Source: Caecitellus pseudoparvulus (Eukaryota; Protista; Bigyra: Bicosoecida). Taken from it: 64,000 nt of DNA. Position 1 is the first letter of the stretch; every line of letters begins with the position of its first letter. Position numbers and translations under genes: made by a program. The notes below the pieces were generated by a model that had not been told where the DNA came from, did no database searches, and saw nothing but the letters and a program-made list of their open reading frames with translations. Below, in pieces: positions 22,902 to 34,900 of this stretch. The DNA is taken from assembly GCA_965644315.1 (NCBI GenBank), contig CBFFRQ010000032.1:682001-746000 (forward strand). Reading direction: 5' to 3'.

Positions 22902-25900
22902 ATGATCCGCGCAATGTCGTCACTCACTGTGATTCTGCTCGCCTTGGCGGCACTTGTCGCCAGGGCGGCCCTTCGTGACCCATCTTGCTCGGCACAGACG
23001 TTGCCCGGCACTCCCGTCACTTCCGGCAAGGTGAGCCAATCAGCGGCCTCGCTCTGGAGTGCCCCAGCTCACCCCAGCCATCCCCCGCTTGCTGTTTAGA
23101 TCCTCTTTGTTACCGTAGAAACAGGCTTTTCGTCAGGTGAGCCCACTCGCAGCCTTCCATGGCCATGGCGGGTCACGTGTGCAAGCAAGCCGCTGCACCC
23201 TTTGCTACGCCACCTCGCAACGCAGCTTCTGCTCAACTGCGATCGTATTTGGCAACGGAACTCTCCTCTGCTGGTGGTTCGCATACCCTGGACCACCATG
23301 TACTGACGACGAGTGCACCGTGAGTGCAGTTGCAGTGCGAACATCCGCTCGTGCCGAAGCTCATGATTGACCGTCCCCGCTCCCAACCCAGGCTCTCAAT
23401 GTCCCTGACCCCGTATTCCCAAATTTGGATCTGGGACTTCTCCAATTCTGCATCCTCCTTTGCCACGTCATGGGCTGCTGTGCGTAGCGAGCACTCGCCA
23501 GTGCACGACTGACCCCCGCACAGCCGCCACTCCGAGCCCGCCTCCGCGTCTCACAGATCGCTGCTTGGTCTGCTGCAAGGTCACCGACCCCACAGCTCAT
23601 CTTTGACGGTCGCTTCAAAGCTGGCGTGGATGCGTCCGAGATGCAGCTGTACTTCAACTACTTTGAGAGCCTCCGCTCTGTTGGAGGAGGTCTGGTGCTG
23701 GGCACTGGCGGAGACCAATTCCACGCGCAAGGCATCAACCAGCTGGCTTCGGCTCTGGGATTCCATGGCTTCAGTGGAACATCCACGTTTACAGCTGGCA
23801 CGACCCTGCCCCTGGATTCTGCGAACTACCTCGCGCACACCCCTGTGCACGCAGTGCCAACCTCAAGCCCGCCGCAAACAGTTGGCGGTGTCTCGTTTGA
23901 TCGCGCCATTGTCAGCGGGACCTCTGCAGGAGCATGCCCTGTGGGCGTCCAGCCCAACGGGCGCGTTCTGTACTCGGTCGCTTTTTCTGGGGCGTCGGTG
24001 CAGAACGCCTTCGTGTCCAGCACATTCCATGGCTCGGTAAACCTGCAAGTTTCCATTGATACTCCGACCTGCGGACACGTCACTGCCCCGTCTGGAGCGC
24101 TGGCGCTCTCTGGTTCTGTTTCTGTTGCCGGTGGGGGCAGCCCCCGGTACTTCTGGTACAGCTCCATCGATGGGTTTCTTGGGGAGGGAGAAAGCGTGTC
24201 TGTGCCAGCCCTCAGCCGAGGCGCCCACGTCCTGCACTTGTTTGCCAACACGTCGACGACCGACGCCCTCGCACACTCAACTGTGCGAGTGCCTGCCCCC
24301 CTGGGGGCTCCCTGTGCGGGGGGCTCTGACTGTGAACCCACAGCATCATGCAATGGTGGCATCTGCTGTGTGCAAGCGAGCTGCAGCGGGCACGGCACGT
24401 GCACGGGGAGTGGCGGGACTTGTGCCTGTGACGGCGGGTGGGCAGGCTCGGCAGATTGCTCTTCGTGCACAGACTCAAGCCACTACCCGCCTGCTTGCCG
24501 CTTCTGCTCCCCAGCAATCACTTGCAGTGGACACGGCACTTGCCGCTCAGACGGCACTTGCGCCTGTGACACAAACTGGGACGACGATGCCACTTGCTCC
24601 ACAGGACCCCTTGCCGTGTGTCCTGCTGGGTGGACCGAAGATAATGGCTTTTGCTTTGCGTATGACTCCCGGCAGATGACCTGGGCGGCAGCAGACTCGG
24701 CATGTGGGGCAGCCGGCGCCACGCTGGCGACGATTGACTCGTCAGCGAGGTCCACGCTCATCGACAATGCGTGCCAGTCACAAGAGTGCTGGATCGGGCT
24801 TTCAGACCGTGCTGTTGATGATACATATCGATGGGTGTATGATTCAGCCGTCGTGAGCTACGCTGATTGGGCAAGTGGCCAGCCGGATGCAACTGGAAAT
24901 AAAGATTGCGTACTTTTCGATTCTGGCGATTGGGAGACCCGTTCCTGTTCAGTGGCTGCGACGTTCATGTGCATGCGCCCGGCAGATTGCCCGCCAGGGC
25001 AGTATAAGGACGGTGCCTCTTGCCTGCAGTGCCCAGCCGGTACGTTCAGGGCGTCCTCGGGGGCTGTCAGCGCTGCTGAGTGCATCGCTTGTCCTGCAGG
25101 GCGATACGGGTCTTTCGTTGGGGAGAGTGATCCCCAGTGCACTGCTGCCTGTCCGGCTGGCAGCTTTTGCCAAGCTGGAGTCAGTGCTCCATCTGCGTGC
25201 CCTGCTGGCCGATATGGGGCCACTACCAGCCTTACTAGTGTCAGCTGCACTGGGGAGTGTGCCCCTGGCTGGTACTGTGATGAGGGAGAAGTTTCAGCCA
25301 CACCAGCAGGCAAGGTGTGTGCGCCAGGGAGGTATGGTGAGGTTGGCTCAACGTCGGCACAGTGCACGGGGGCGTGTGCTGCCGGCTACTACTGCCCTGC
25401 CGGATCTTCGGACAGACGAGAGCACGAGTGTGGAGGCCCGGACAAGTTCTGCCCGGCAGGCTCTTCCTCACCCACAACTGCGACACAAGGCTTCTTCACC
25501 ACAGGAGGGAGCCCGAACAATCAAACGTCCCAGGATCCTTGCCCGCGAGGCTCATTCTGCGCGGCGGGGATTGCTACCGCCTGCCCTGCTGGGCGCTATG
25601 GCAGTGCCACTCAGCTGCAGAGTGCTGGCTGCTCGGGCCCCTGTCGGGCTGGGTTCCACTGCCCAGTAGGCTCAGTGTCGAACTCGCAGGAGCCATGCGG
25701 CTCAGGGCTTACGCCTGCGAACACGTTCTGCCCCGAAGGCTCTGCAACTCGCCAGGCCGTCCCAAGTGGGCGCTTTTCCACACCGGAAGACCCCCACCCG
25801 CGAGCAAACCGTGAGGGCACCGCTGTGCCACCGGCAGGCTTCACCGCAATTGACGGACTGAAGGTTCCCATCATCGATTGGAGCTCCAGCGTCTGCGGTG

Positions 25901-28900
25901 GCGGCGCCTCTGCTCCTCATGCTGGCAGTGGCAGCATCTCGTGGGATGAAAATGCCACACCCGGACCAGTGGCCACTGTGACTGCCCTGCACAACTTGCC
26001 CGGCGCATTGGACTACACGCTTCTGGGTACCACCCCCATCACAAGTGTCGGCCCCGTCACTTCAGCCAGCTCGTGCTCCACCATTAGTCCATACTCTCTC
26101 TCCTCCGCTGGGGCGCTGGCAGCGAGCGTGACCCTGAACCGCGAGCAGTGCCCGGGTTACTTGCTGGTGATCCAGGCTGCCTCGGGATCGTTCACTTCCA
26201 CCTGCGCCCTGACGGTGCTCACAGGGGACGTGAATGACGCCCCTGTTCTGCCAACCGGAGCGAGTCGCTCTGTGCCTGAAGGGAGCCCAAAAGACTTCAA
26301 AGTGGGTGCACCCGTGGGGGCATCTGATGATGATGTCGACGTTGATGGCTCCCAGCTGCAGTTCAGCATAGTGAGCGGGAACACCGGCGGCGCGTTCAGC
26401 ATTGGCAGATGTGACGGCCAGCTCTTCGTTGCTGAGCCCTCACAACTGAATCACGAGGTGACTCCTGCGTACACTCTCCGAGTCCGTGTGGAGGACGCAG
26501 GCACTCCAGTTGGATTCGATGAAGTTGACGTCACTGTTACTGTCACCGATGTCAACGAGGCGCCTGTTTTTGATACTTCGCCGTACATGGGTAACTTGGG
26601 CTCTGGACCACAGTTGCTCAGTGCAACAGAGCTGTACGTTTATGAGCCAGCAGACGAGGCCCCCAGCAACCCCTGGTTGGCCCGCGACCGTGTCCCTGCG
26701 ACAGATGAGGACGGTGATGTCCTTGCGTTTGAGTTCTCAACCCAACCACGCCTTGCAGGTGGGTCCGGAAGCGCGGCTTTTGTCATCGATGGGACCACGG
26801 GACAGCTGTCATTCTCCCAGGCTGGCCTTGCTGACCTGGACGGCGGTGATTCCCTGACTGCCGTGATTGACGCCAACGACGGGGTCTTGCGCTCGCAGGT
26901 TGCCGTCACCATTCACGTTGTTGATGTCAACGAAGCCCCATCGCTTGCAGTGCGGAACATGACGATTCCCGAGAATGCTGCCATTGGCTCTCCTGTGAAT
27001 GAGGGCCCCTTGACAGCAAGCGACGATGACGTGGATGCGGGCTCCCAGACCCTCACATGGAGCCTCGTTGACACTGCAGCAGGCCGCTTTTCTATTGACC
27101 CATCCACCGGCATCATTCGCAGCGCCAACCCCAGCCTCCTGGACTTCGAGAGTGGGGCAGACCATCTTGTCGTTGTGAGGGTTACCGACGATGGCACGCC
27201 CCCTCTCGCCTCCGAAGACGTGCTCATGCGGGTCCGTTTGCAAGACGTCAACGAGGCACCAGTCTGGAACGCCGGAGTGTCCAGGTTCATTTCCGAGAAC
27301 ACTGAAGATCAGCAAGCCATTGGGCGCGATGTTGGGGCTGCCCTCCTGTCAGATGTGTCTGACCCAGACACTGCACAGGCACAAAGTCTCAGGTTCGAGA
27401 TCGTGTCAGGGAATGATGCGGGCATCTTTGGCATTGGGCAACGGTCTGGCCAATTGGAGACTCGCCTCTCCTCCATTGACTTCGAAGCACGTTCCACGTA
27501 CGCTCTGACGGTGCGCGCGACAGATGACGGCTCACCCCCCCTCTCCACGGTGGGCACCGTCACCATCAACGTGCAGAACGTGAACGAAGCACCCCAGCTG
27601 CACCCAGCCGTGCGCCAGGCTGGCGGCAGCGTGCTGCTGGCACCCCTCTTGGGGTCCACAGCCACCACCGCCTTCATCAACCGAACAGTGCCTGAGAACT
27701 GGGCCCCCCTCCTGCCCTTCGGCGGGCGAGTCACCGTCTTCGACCCTGAGCCCACAGACACGCACATGTACGCAGTGGACCCCACCCTCCGTGTGTCCAC
27801 AGAGGACCTCGCTGCCGCCGTGGCCCTGGCAGACTTTGTGCCAGAGAGCCCTGCCCCTGCCGCCGTAGACGGCTCGTCCGTCTTCACAGTGGATGCCATC
27901 AGTGGCACCCTGGCCGTGCAGACCGGGCAGGTGGTGGACCACGAGACCACACCCCTGTTCTGGGTCCCCCTGCGCATCACCGACCCAGCAGGTGCGTCCA
28001 CCCCTGCCGTTGTGCTGGTGTGGGTGGCGGATGTCCCCGAGACACCCGTGTTTGTGGACACGGCTCGCTTCGTGGGTGAGCAGTCGCCCATCAACACGCT
28101 GCTGGGCGCGCCCTTGGCAGTGTTTGAGCCGGACGTTGGCAACACTCTCACCTTCACCATCGTTGGCAGCGATGACCCCAACAACTTGTTCACGATCGAC
28201 CCGGCCACTGGGCAGATGCGCACGGCAGGGCCCCCTCCATCCCTGCCAGCCTTCGGCAGCGGAGCAGTGCTCGCGTACCAGGTGCAGGTTGATGATGGCA
28301 CAGGCAGGGCCGCCAATGCGACTGTAACTGTCACCGTCACAGACGTGAACTTTGCCCCAGAAGTCACAGGCGGTCAGTCTGCCTCCGTCGCTGAAGGAGC
28401 CGCCCCTGGCACAGTTGTCATGCCATCCATTTCCGTGAACGAGCCAGACGGCGACGACGTCACGTGGGCACTGGCGCCTGAGCCAGCCAACGATGCCGCG
28501 ACCCTGGCTGCCTTCTCTGTGGACCCCAACACAAGCGCGATCACGGTGAAGGCTGCTACAGGTGCGGCTGCGTCCATGTGGGGCAACGCACTGGACTTTG
28601 AGACTCGCTCCAGCTTCGCGCTGGCTGTGGTCGCAACGGACGATGCCACGGCGCCCCTGTCAGGGTCTGGCGTCATCACCATCACCCTGAACAACACCAA
28701 TGAGCCCCCTGTGCTTGGGGTTTCGAGCGGCTCCACTCGAAAAGTGAGCGAAAACTTGCCGTCTGGATCTGCCGTGGGAGCCCCCCTCTCAGTGACGGAT
28801 GTTGACGACTCCAGTGGCTTCACATGGTCTGTCACTTCCCCGATGGGGCTCATCACACCAGGCATGGGCTGGAACCCCAACACACCTGGGGGCGCAGTCA

Positions 28901-31900
28901 GCCAATGGTGGGAAGCACTTCCTTCTGGCATTGACGTTGTCAGCGTGACTGGGGGGCAACTTGCTCTCAGGGCGGAGCTGAACTTCGAAGAGGAGCATTC
29001 GTACGCCAACGGTACATTCCAGATTCACGAGTATGCCGTTAACGTCACTGTGTCTGATCCTTCTGGCGCCATTGACTGGGCGGTCCTTCGTGTGATTGTT
29101 GAGGATGTAAACGAAGCACCCCTCCTCAGCGACTCCTCCTTCTCAGTGTCGGAAGCCCTTGCCAACCAACCCACAGCTGCAACTCTTGGGCGCGTCGAAG
29201 CTACAGATCCAGACAACAATGGTGATAAACAGCTGACCTTTGCTATTGAGTCCGGAAACTTCGGTGGGGCCTTTGAAATTGACGTGTTCGAAGGTACCTT
29301 GGCTCTTGCAGCAGGGGCTCCGCTGGATTTCGAAAACATTACACAGTACGTCTTGAACATCTCTGTTGCAGACAATGCGTTGCAGGGAAGTCTGGCAGGG
29401 TACGCAACGGTTGTTGTCCAAGTTGAAGATGAGAACGACGTGCAGGTGGAGTCTCTGACTGTGAACACCCCCGATGGCTGCCTCAACACGGTTGGTGGGT
29501 CAACCATGACTTTGACGGGGAGCAACTTTGGCTGGACGAGTTGGGCCTTGAGTCACCCTGATGGGGCTGGAAGCTGGGTCAGTGCTAGTGAAAGCGTCAC
29601 TTTTGCGACGGTAGTCTTTCAGAAACATGACGATCTGGGGCATGCTGGCTCCATTGGGCAACCCACTGGCCCGCAGTATGTCGCGCCATGCACCATCTCC
29701 CCCAACCAGGAGCTGACGTGCACGGCACCCGCAGGTGTTGGTTCCCACTTGTACATGCGCTTGAACGTCACCAAAGGGGGCACGCTTCATTCGGTGTCGA
29801 AGCTCACGAGCCTGCTCGAGTTTTCATACTGCCCGCCAGAGCTGTCCACGGTTGAGACAAGCGCTGGGGCTGGAGAGGGAATTCCGACTGCTGGGACGGT
29901 GAGTGTGACCCTCCGTGGATCTGGTTTCGGGCCTGTGGACACTCAAGTCTCAGTACAGGCCTGGGCAGCAAGCCCCTGTGAACCTGGTGGCCTCCTCGCG
30001 TCTCCTCGACAGGGTGCAAGTGACACCGCGCCATACCGTGCCCAGGGCTGCCGCGTTTCAGTGGCTGACACTGACGTCACTTGCTCTGCAGCTCCGATTG
30101 GTGTGGGCAAGGGCCTATACTGGCGCGTTGAGGTGGCCGGCCTTGTGTCGAATGCTACGCAAGGGCAGGCTGCAAATGGCGCGGCTGCTTTCTCCCCGCC
30201 CTCAATCACGCAGGTCAGCCTTGGCTCACCGCTACCGCCAAATGTGACGCTCTTTAGCTTACCTTCCTCTGGCGATGTCCCCCTTGTCATTGAAGGCACA
30301 AACTTGGGTGTTGACGATGCCGCGTTGGATGCTGTGTGGCTCATGAACGCGACAGCATCGGCTGTGGTGCGTGCGGCACCCACCTCCACGCTCACACGAA
30401 GCACGCCGATCATGCTGCTGCGCCAGTGTGCTGTGGTGTCAGCACACACTAAGCTGCGGTGCTTTGTCCCTGCCGGCACTGGCACGGACCTGACGGTGGG
30501 CGTGCAGGTTGGCGGGCAGGTCTCCGGCGCCGCCCCAGCCGGTGTCCGCGTCGGCTACGCGCCGCCGTCTCTTGCCTACGTCGCAGGCAGTGCGCTGAAC
30601 AGTGGCCCCACAGCAGGGCGAGCACCCATTCAGATTGTTGGCACGAACCTTCCGCCGTCCACTCTGCTGCACACCGTGGCAGCTCCCTTCCCACTTGAGC
30701 AACCGTCTGTTTGTGAGGCAGGAAAAGACGTCCAAAGTGCAGTCCGCATTTCCGCAACCCCAGGCCAGCCTACAAGTGGCTCCCTTGCACTGGGAACCCC
30801 CCACATCATGGTGCAGTATGGCCCCGTGCCTGTGGCGGACCGTGCCTCCATCACGTGGAGCCCGGCCCCAGCCTCAGCCCCTGCCGCGACGGGTGACGTG
30901 GGTGTGCCCTCTGGGGCCGGCTCACAGGCCGGCGACGCCTTCGCTTTCCCCACCGCCTTCTCCGCAGGGCAGTGCACAGTGACTGCTCCAGGCACCGCCA
31001 TCACCTGCCAGTCTGTGCCCGGTGTGGGAGCGTGGCTGGCCTTCAAGGTGACTGTGGATGGGCAGAGTGCTCCTCACATGGTGGTGCGTGGCGGCTACGC
31101 TGCCCCCGTCGTGTTCTCGTACGATGGCCCCGGCGCAGACGGCAGCTCCACCCTGGGTGGCGATGCAGTGGTTGTGCGTGGGGAGAACTTTGGCCCTGCA
31201 GGCAGCGCCTTCATCACTGACGTCTCGTATGGTGTGGAGGGCCAGCCCCGTCGCTATGCTGCGGCGAACTGCACTGTGACGCAGGCGCATGTGGAGATGC
31301 AGTGTGCCACGGCTGTCGGGGCTGGGCAAGGCTTGAAGTGGCGGGTTGTCATTGGAGAGCAGGAGTCTGCAGCCCCCACCACCAAGTACGGCGTGCCCGT
31401 CGTGACTGGCCTGTCTGGGCCAGGCTCGGCGGACGCCAGCACAGGAGGTGGCGAGCGGGTGACCTTGACGGGTGTGAACTTTGGCCCCCCCCTGCCAGAA
31501 GGCATGCGCCAAGTGCCCGAAGGCGCCACTGACACGTCTGATCCCAGCATCGAAGTGCTGCCGTACCTGCAGTCCGTCACGTACGGCCCAACGGGTGTGG
31601 AGTACACTGCTGCCAACTGCACGGTGGCCTCCCACACGCAGGTAGACTGTGTGACTGTGCCACATGTGGGGCAGAACTTGCGGTGGATCGTGACGGTGGC
31701 GGGGCAGGCCTCAGCACCTTCTGGCGTGACCTCAAACACCGGCGCGCCCCGCATTCTGCTTGTTGTGGGCGACCAGCTCCCAACACAGGGCGGCAGCATC
31801 GTGGCGGTGTATGCGACCGGGTTGGGATACGGCGACGCAAACACTGTGCCTGTTCTTCGATTCGGCGCCTCCAACCACCTGCCGCTGACGCCCCGTGATC

Positions 31901-34900
31901 TCGCTGCACGAGGCATCCCAACTGGCCCTGTCCCTGACCCGCCGTCCTTCCCCTGGGCAGCAGGGCGTGGCAGCAGTGAGTCAGTGTTCGAAGCCTCGAC
32001 GCCGTCAGATGGATTTGAAGCGGTGGACAACTCTGGAATCAAGCTGCTGCACGTGCCAATGACGCCGGCACTTCTTGCTGCGCACTTCAATGACACCGAC
32101 GCTCCGCCGCAAGTTGGGGAAGTTGTGGACGTGCATCGCGTGCTGTACCTCGTGCCGGAATTGCAAGCAGAAGACCTGCTTCCAGGCCCGCCTTGCGGCC
32201 CTGGCCAAGCACGGGATCGCAGGATGCTGCAGGTGAGCGTCAAGAGCATCTCGGATGCAGCTGCTGCGATTGCTGGGTCCTCCTCCACGTCCTCCCAACA
32301 GGTTGAATCTCAGGAAGTTGAGTGGCACTACGAGGACATGGCTGCAGAGTTCCTGCTGGTTGCGACAAACCCGGAGAGCAGCTCCCCTGCAGACGCTCTC
32401 ATGGTGGAAGTGCGAGGCCGCTCATTCGGCCCCGCCCCGCAAGTGTCCCTCAGAAACGGAGACCCCATCAGCGTCGTCCTCGCGAACCACACGTACATCA
32501 AGTTCACGATGAGCGCAGGACCTGGGGACAGTGCGCCAGCCACAGAGGTGAATGTCATTCGCTCCCCGTGCCAAGCCCAACCTCTCTCTTTCAATACGTT
32601 GTCTCCCTCCATTAGCAACCTGGACAGCCCAGGGGGGAGCAGTGGCCACGACTACCGCACTGTCGGCGGCGGTATCTTGGAGATCACTGGGGAGCGCTTC
32701 TCAGTGGCCGCCATGTCGGTTGCCATTCTCACACCCAACATGGTTGGCGGTGTGGAAGAGATGGAGCCAGGCAACTGCCGCTTCAACGAAAGCGAGGCGG
32801 CCGTGCCACCTTATCCCACCTGGACCGGCATGCTTGTGGGCAGTGGCGGCACAAGCACGCTCCGGTGCGAAATGCCTGCTGGGCAAGGCACTGACTTGAC
32901 AGTGCGTGTCAGCTTGGGCCAAGTGGCCTCCCCAGACACCTCCTTGACTGTCGGCTACCGGCCTCCTACCGTGACGGGTTTGGTACCCCACAGCCCCTTG
33001 ATCCAAGGCTCTGCGCCTGTCGCCCCGCTGACCAACGTTTCCACAGTTGTGCACTTGCTGGGAGAAGACTTTGGCATGCCCAACTCTGCCCCGCGTTCCG
33101 TGCGCGTGGAGCTGGACGCGCTGCCGCGTGATGCTGCAGGGTCCATGGCAGATGACCAACTGGAATGGGCTGCTGACCATGAAGAACTGCGAGTGAATGT
33201 TCCCCGGGGAGTGGGAGATGCTACCCTGTTTCTGTCCGTCGCGGGCCAAGAGGGTTCGCTGCGCTTTTCGTACGCGTTCCCCGAGGTGTCCTTCGCCCCT
33301 CCCACTGGAGGCACCTCTGGCGCCGAGGCCATCACCATTCGAGGCGCTCACTTCGGTAGCCCAGGCATCGCTTCAGACAGGGGCCTGGACCCTGCCCTTG
33401 TCGCGCCGGTGCTGAGCGTGGGAACGTGGTCTGCAGCAGCATTAACCTGGACCGCAGACTCGGCCGTTTTCAACCTCCCAGCTGGCGAGGGAGCGAACTT
33501 GCCCCTGACCCTCACCGTCGGAGGCAAAACAACTCTCCCTCGTGACTTCAGCTACTTGCCCCCTCGCATTTCCGCATCCAGCATCTCTCCCCGCACTGAC
33601 ATCCCGACTGTAGGAGGCGTGAATGTGACTCTGCAGGGCACCAACTTTGGCTTGCGCCCTTGCATTCTGCTAGTTTCTTCAGGGGCTGGCTCTCCCACCG
33701 CGACGACCGCCGCCGCAAGCTTGCAGTTCCTGCAGTCACTTCGCCCCGCTTCGTCAAATGACCTGACGACTCCTGACCTGTCTTCTTGTGATGGGTGGCC
33801 AGCGTCGATGGAAGACGCCCGCCCGAACAGGGCCTGGCGCATCCCAGCCGATGCCCGCGAGGGTGGAGCCGAGCAGCACTTAGATGACATCTCCGATTTC
33901 CACATTCGGGTCCCTGCTGACCACGTTCATGTTGCAGAGCATGGCCGCATCATGTTCACCATGCCCCCTGTCCAGGGCTCTCCCAAGATTGCACTCGTGC
34001 TGGTGGGGGGGCAGTGGAGCGTGCTGCCAGCCGAAGTCGGCGCCATCGGCAACCTGCTGGCGCAGCGCATCGAGCCTGCAGCCCCCATTGCCACCGCGCT
34101 GTACCCCGCCGTCCTCCGAACGTCTACTTGCACGGACGTCACAGTGTATGGTGAAAACTTTGGAACAAGTGCTTATGGCTCGCTAGTGTACACGCACTCT
34201 GACGGGCGGCGTGTTGTGACGTCTTGTGAGCGGCTCGCTGAGCCAGCCACAGCCATGCCCACGGGCTTGGAGCTTCAGCAAGCACTGCGCACCTTGGAGC
34301 GAACGGGTGCGCTGCCTGTCCGCAGAGCAGATGCCCCTCCCCTGCCCGTCTTGAGTTCACACAGTGCCTTCAAGTGCCAAGTGCGAGGGGGCATTGGCCA
34401 GGAAGTGGCTTTCGTCGTGCAGGTGCCGGGGCATGGCAGTGCCCAAGCAGACCCTGCTGACATCGTTGACGGCACCGTTCCCGCCAGCATCGCTGCTTGG
34501 TCAGGCCTCACGGCGTCGTTCTCTGCCCCCACTCTGAACACCATTGTGCCTCGCACGCCTGATGCTGCGGGGGACCGCATGCTGCTGTTGGGAGACAACT
34601 ATGGTGTCTTCCGGCCCAACCTCGAAGACATGGAAGATGGGCAGTGCTACGTCGACGCTGAGCCATGGCTTGCATTAAACATCTCAGCCTCCCCATCTGT
34701 AGCGCTCGTGCACGACTTTGCCTTGTCCCCCATGTTCCAAGTGGACATGCAGGCGCTGCTTTCTGAGGAAGCAGGTCGCTCAGCACTGCGGGCTGCGCTG
34801 CAAGCCTCTGGAGCGGCCCTGAACACATCCCAGTACCTGGCTGATGTGCTGTCCAGCACCTTTACTCCGCCGCCCACTGCAGAGGTGAACGGAACAAGTG

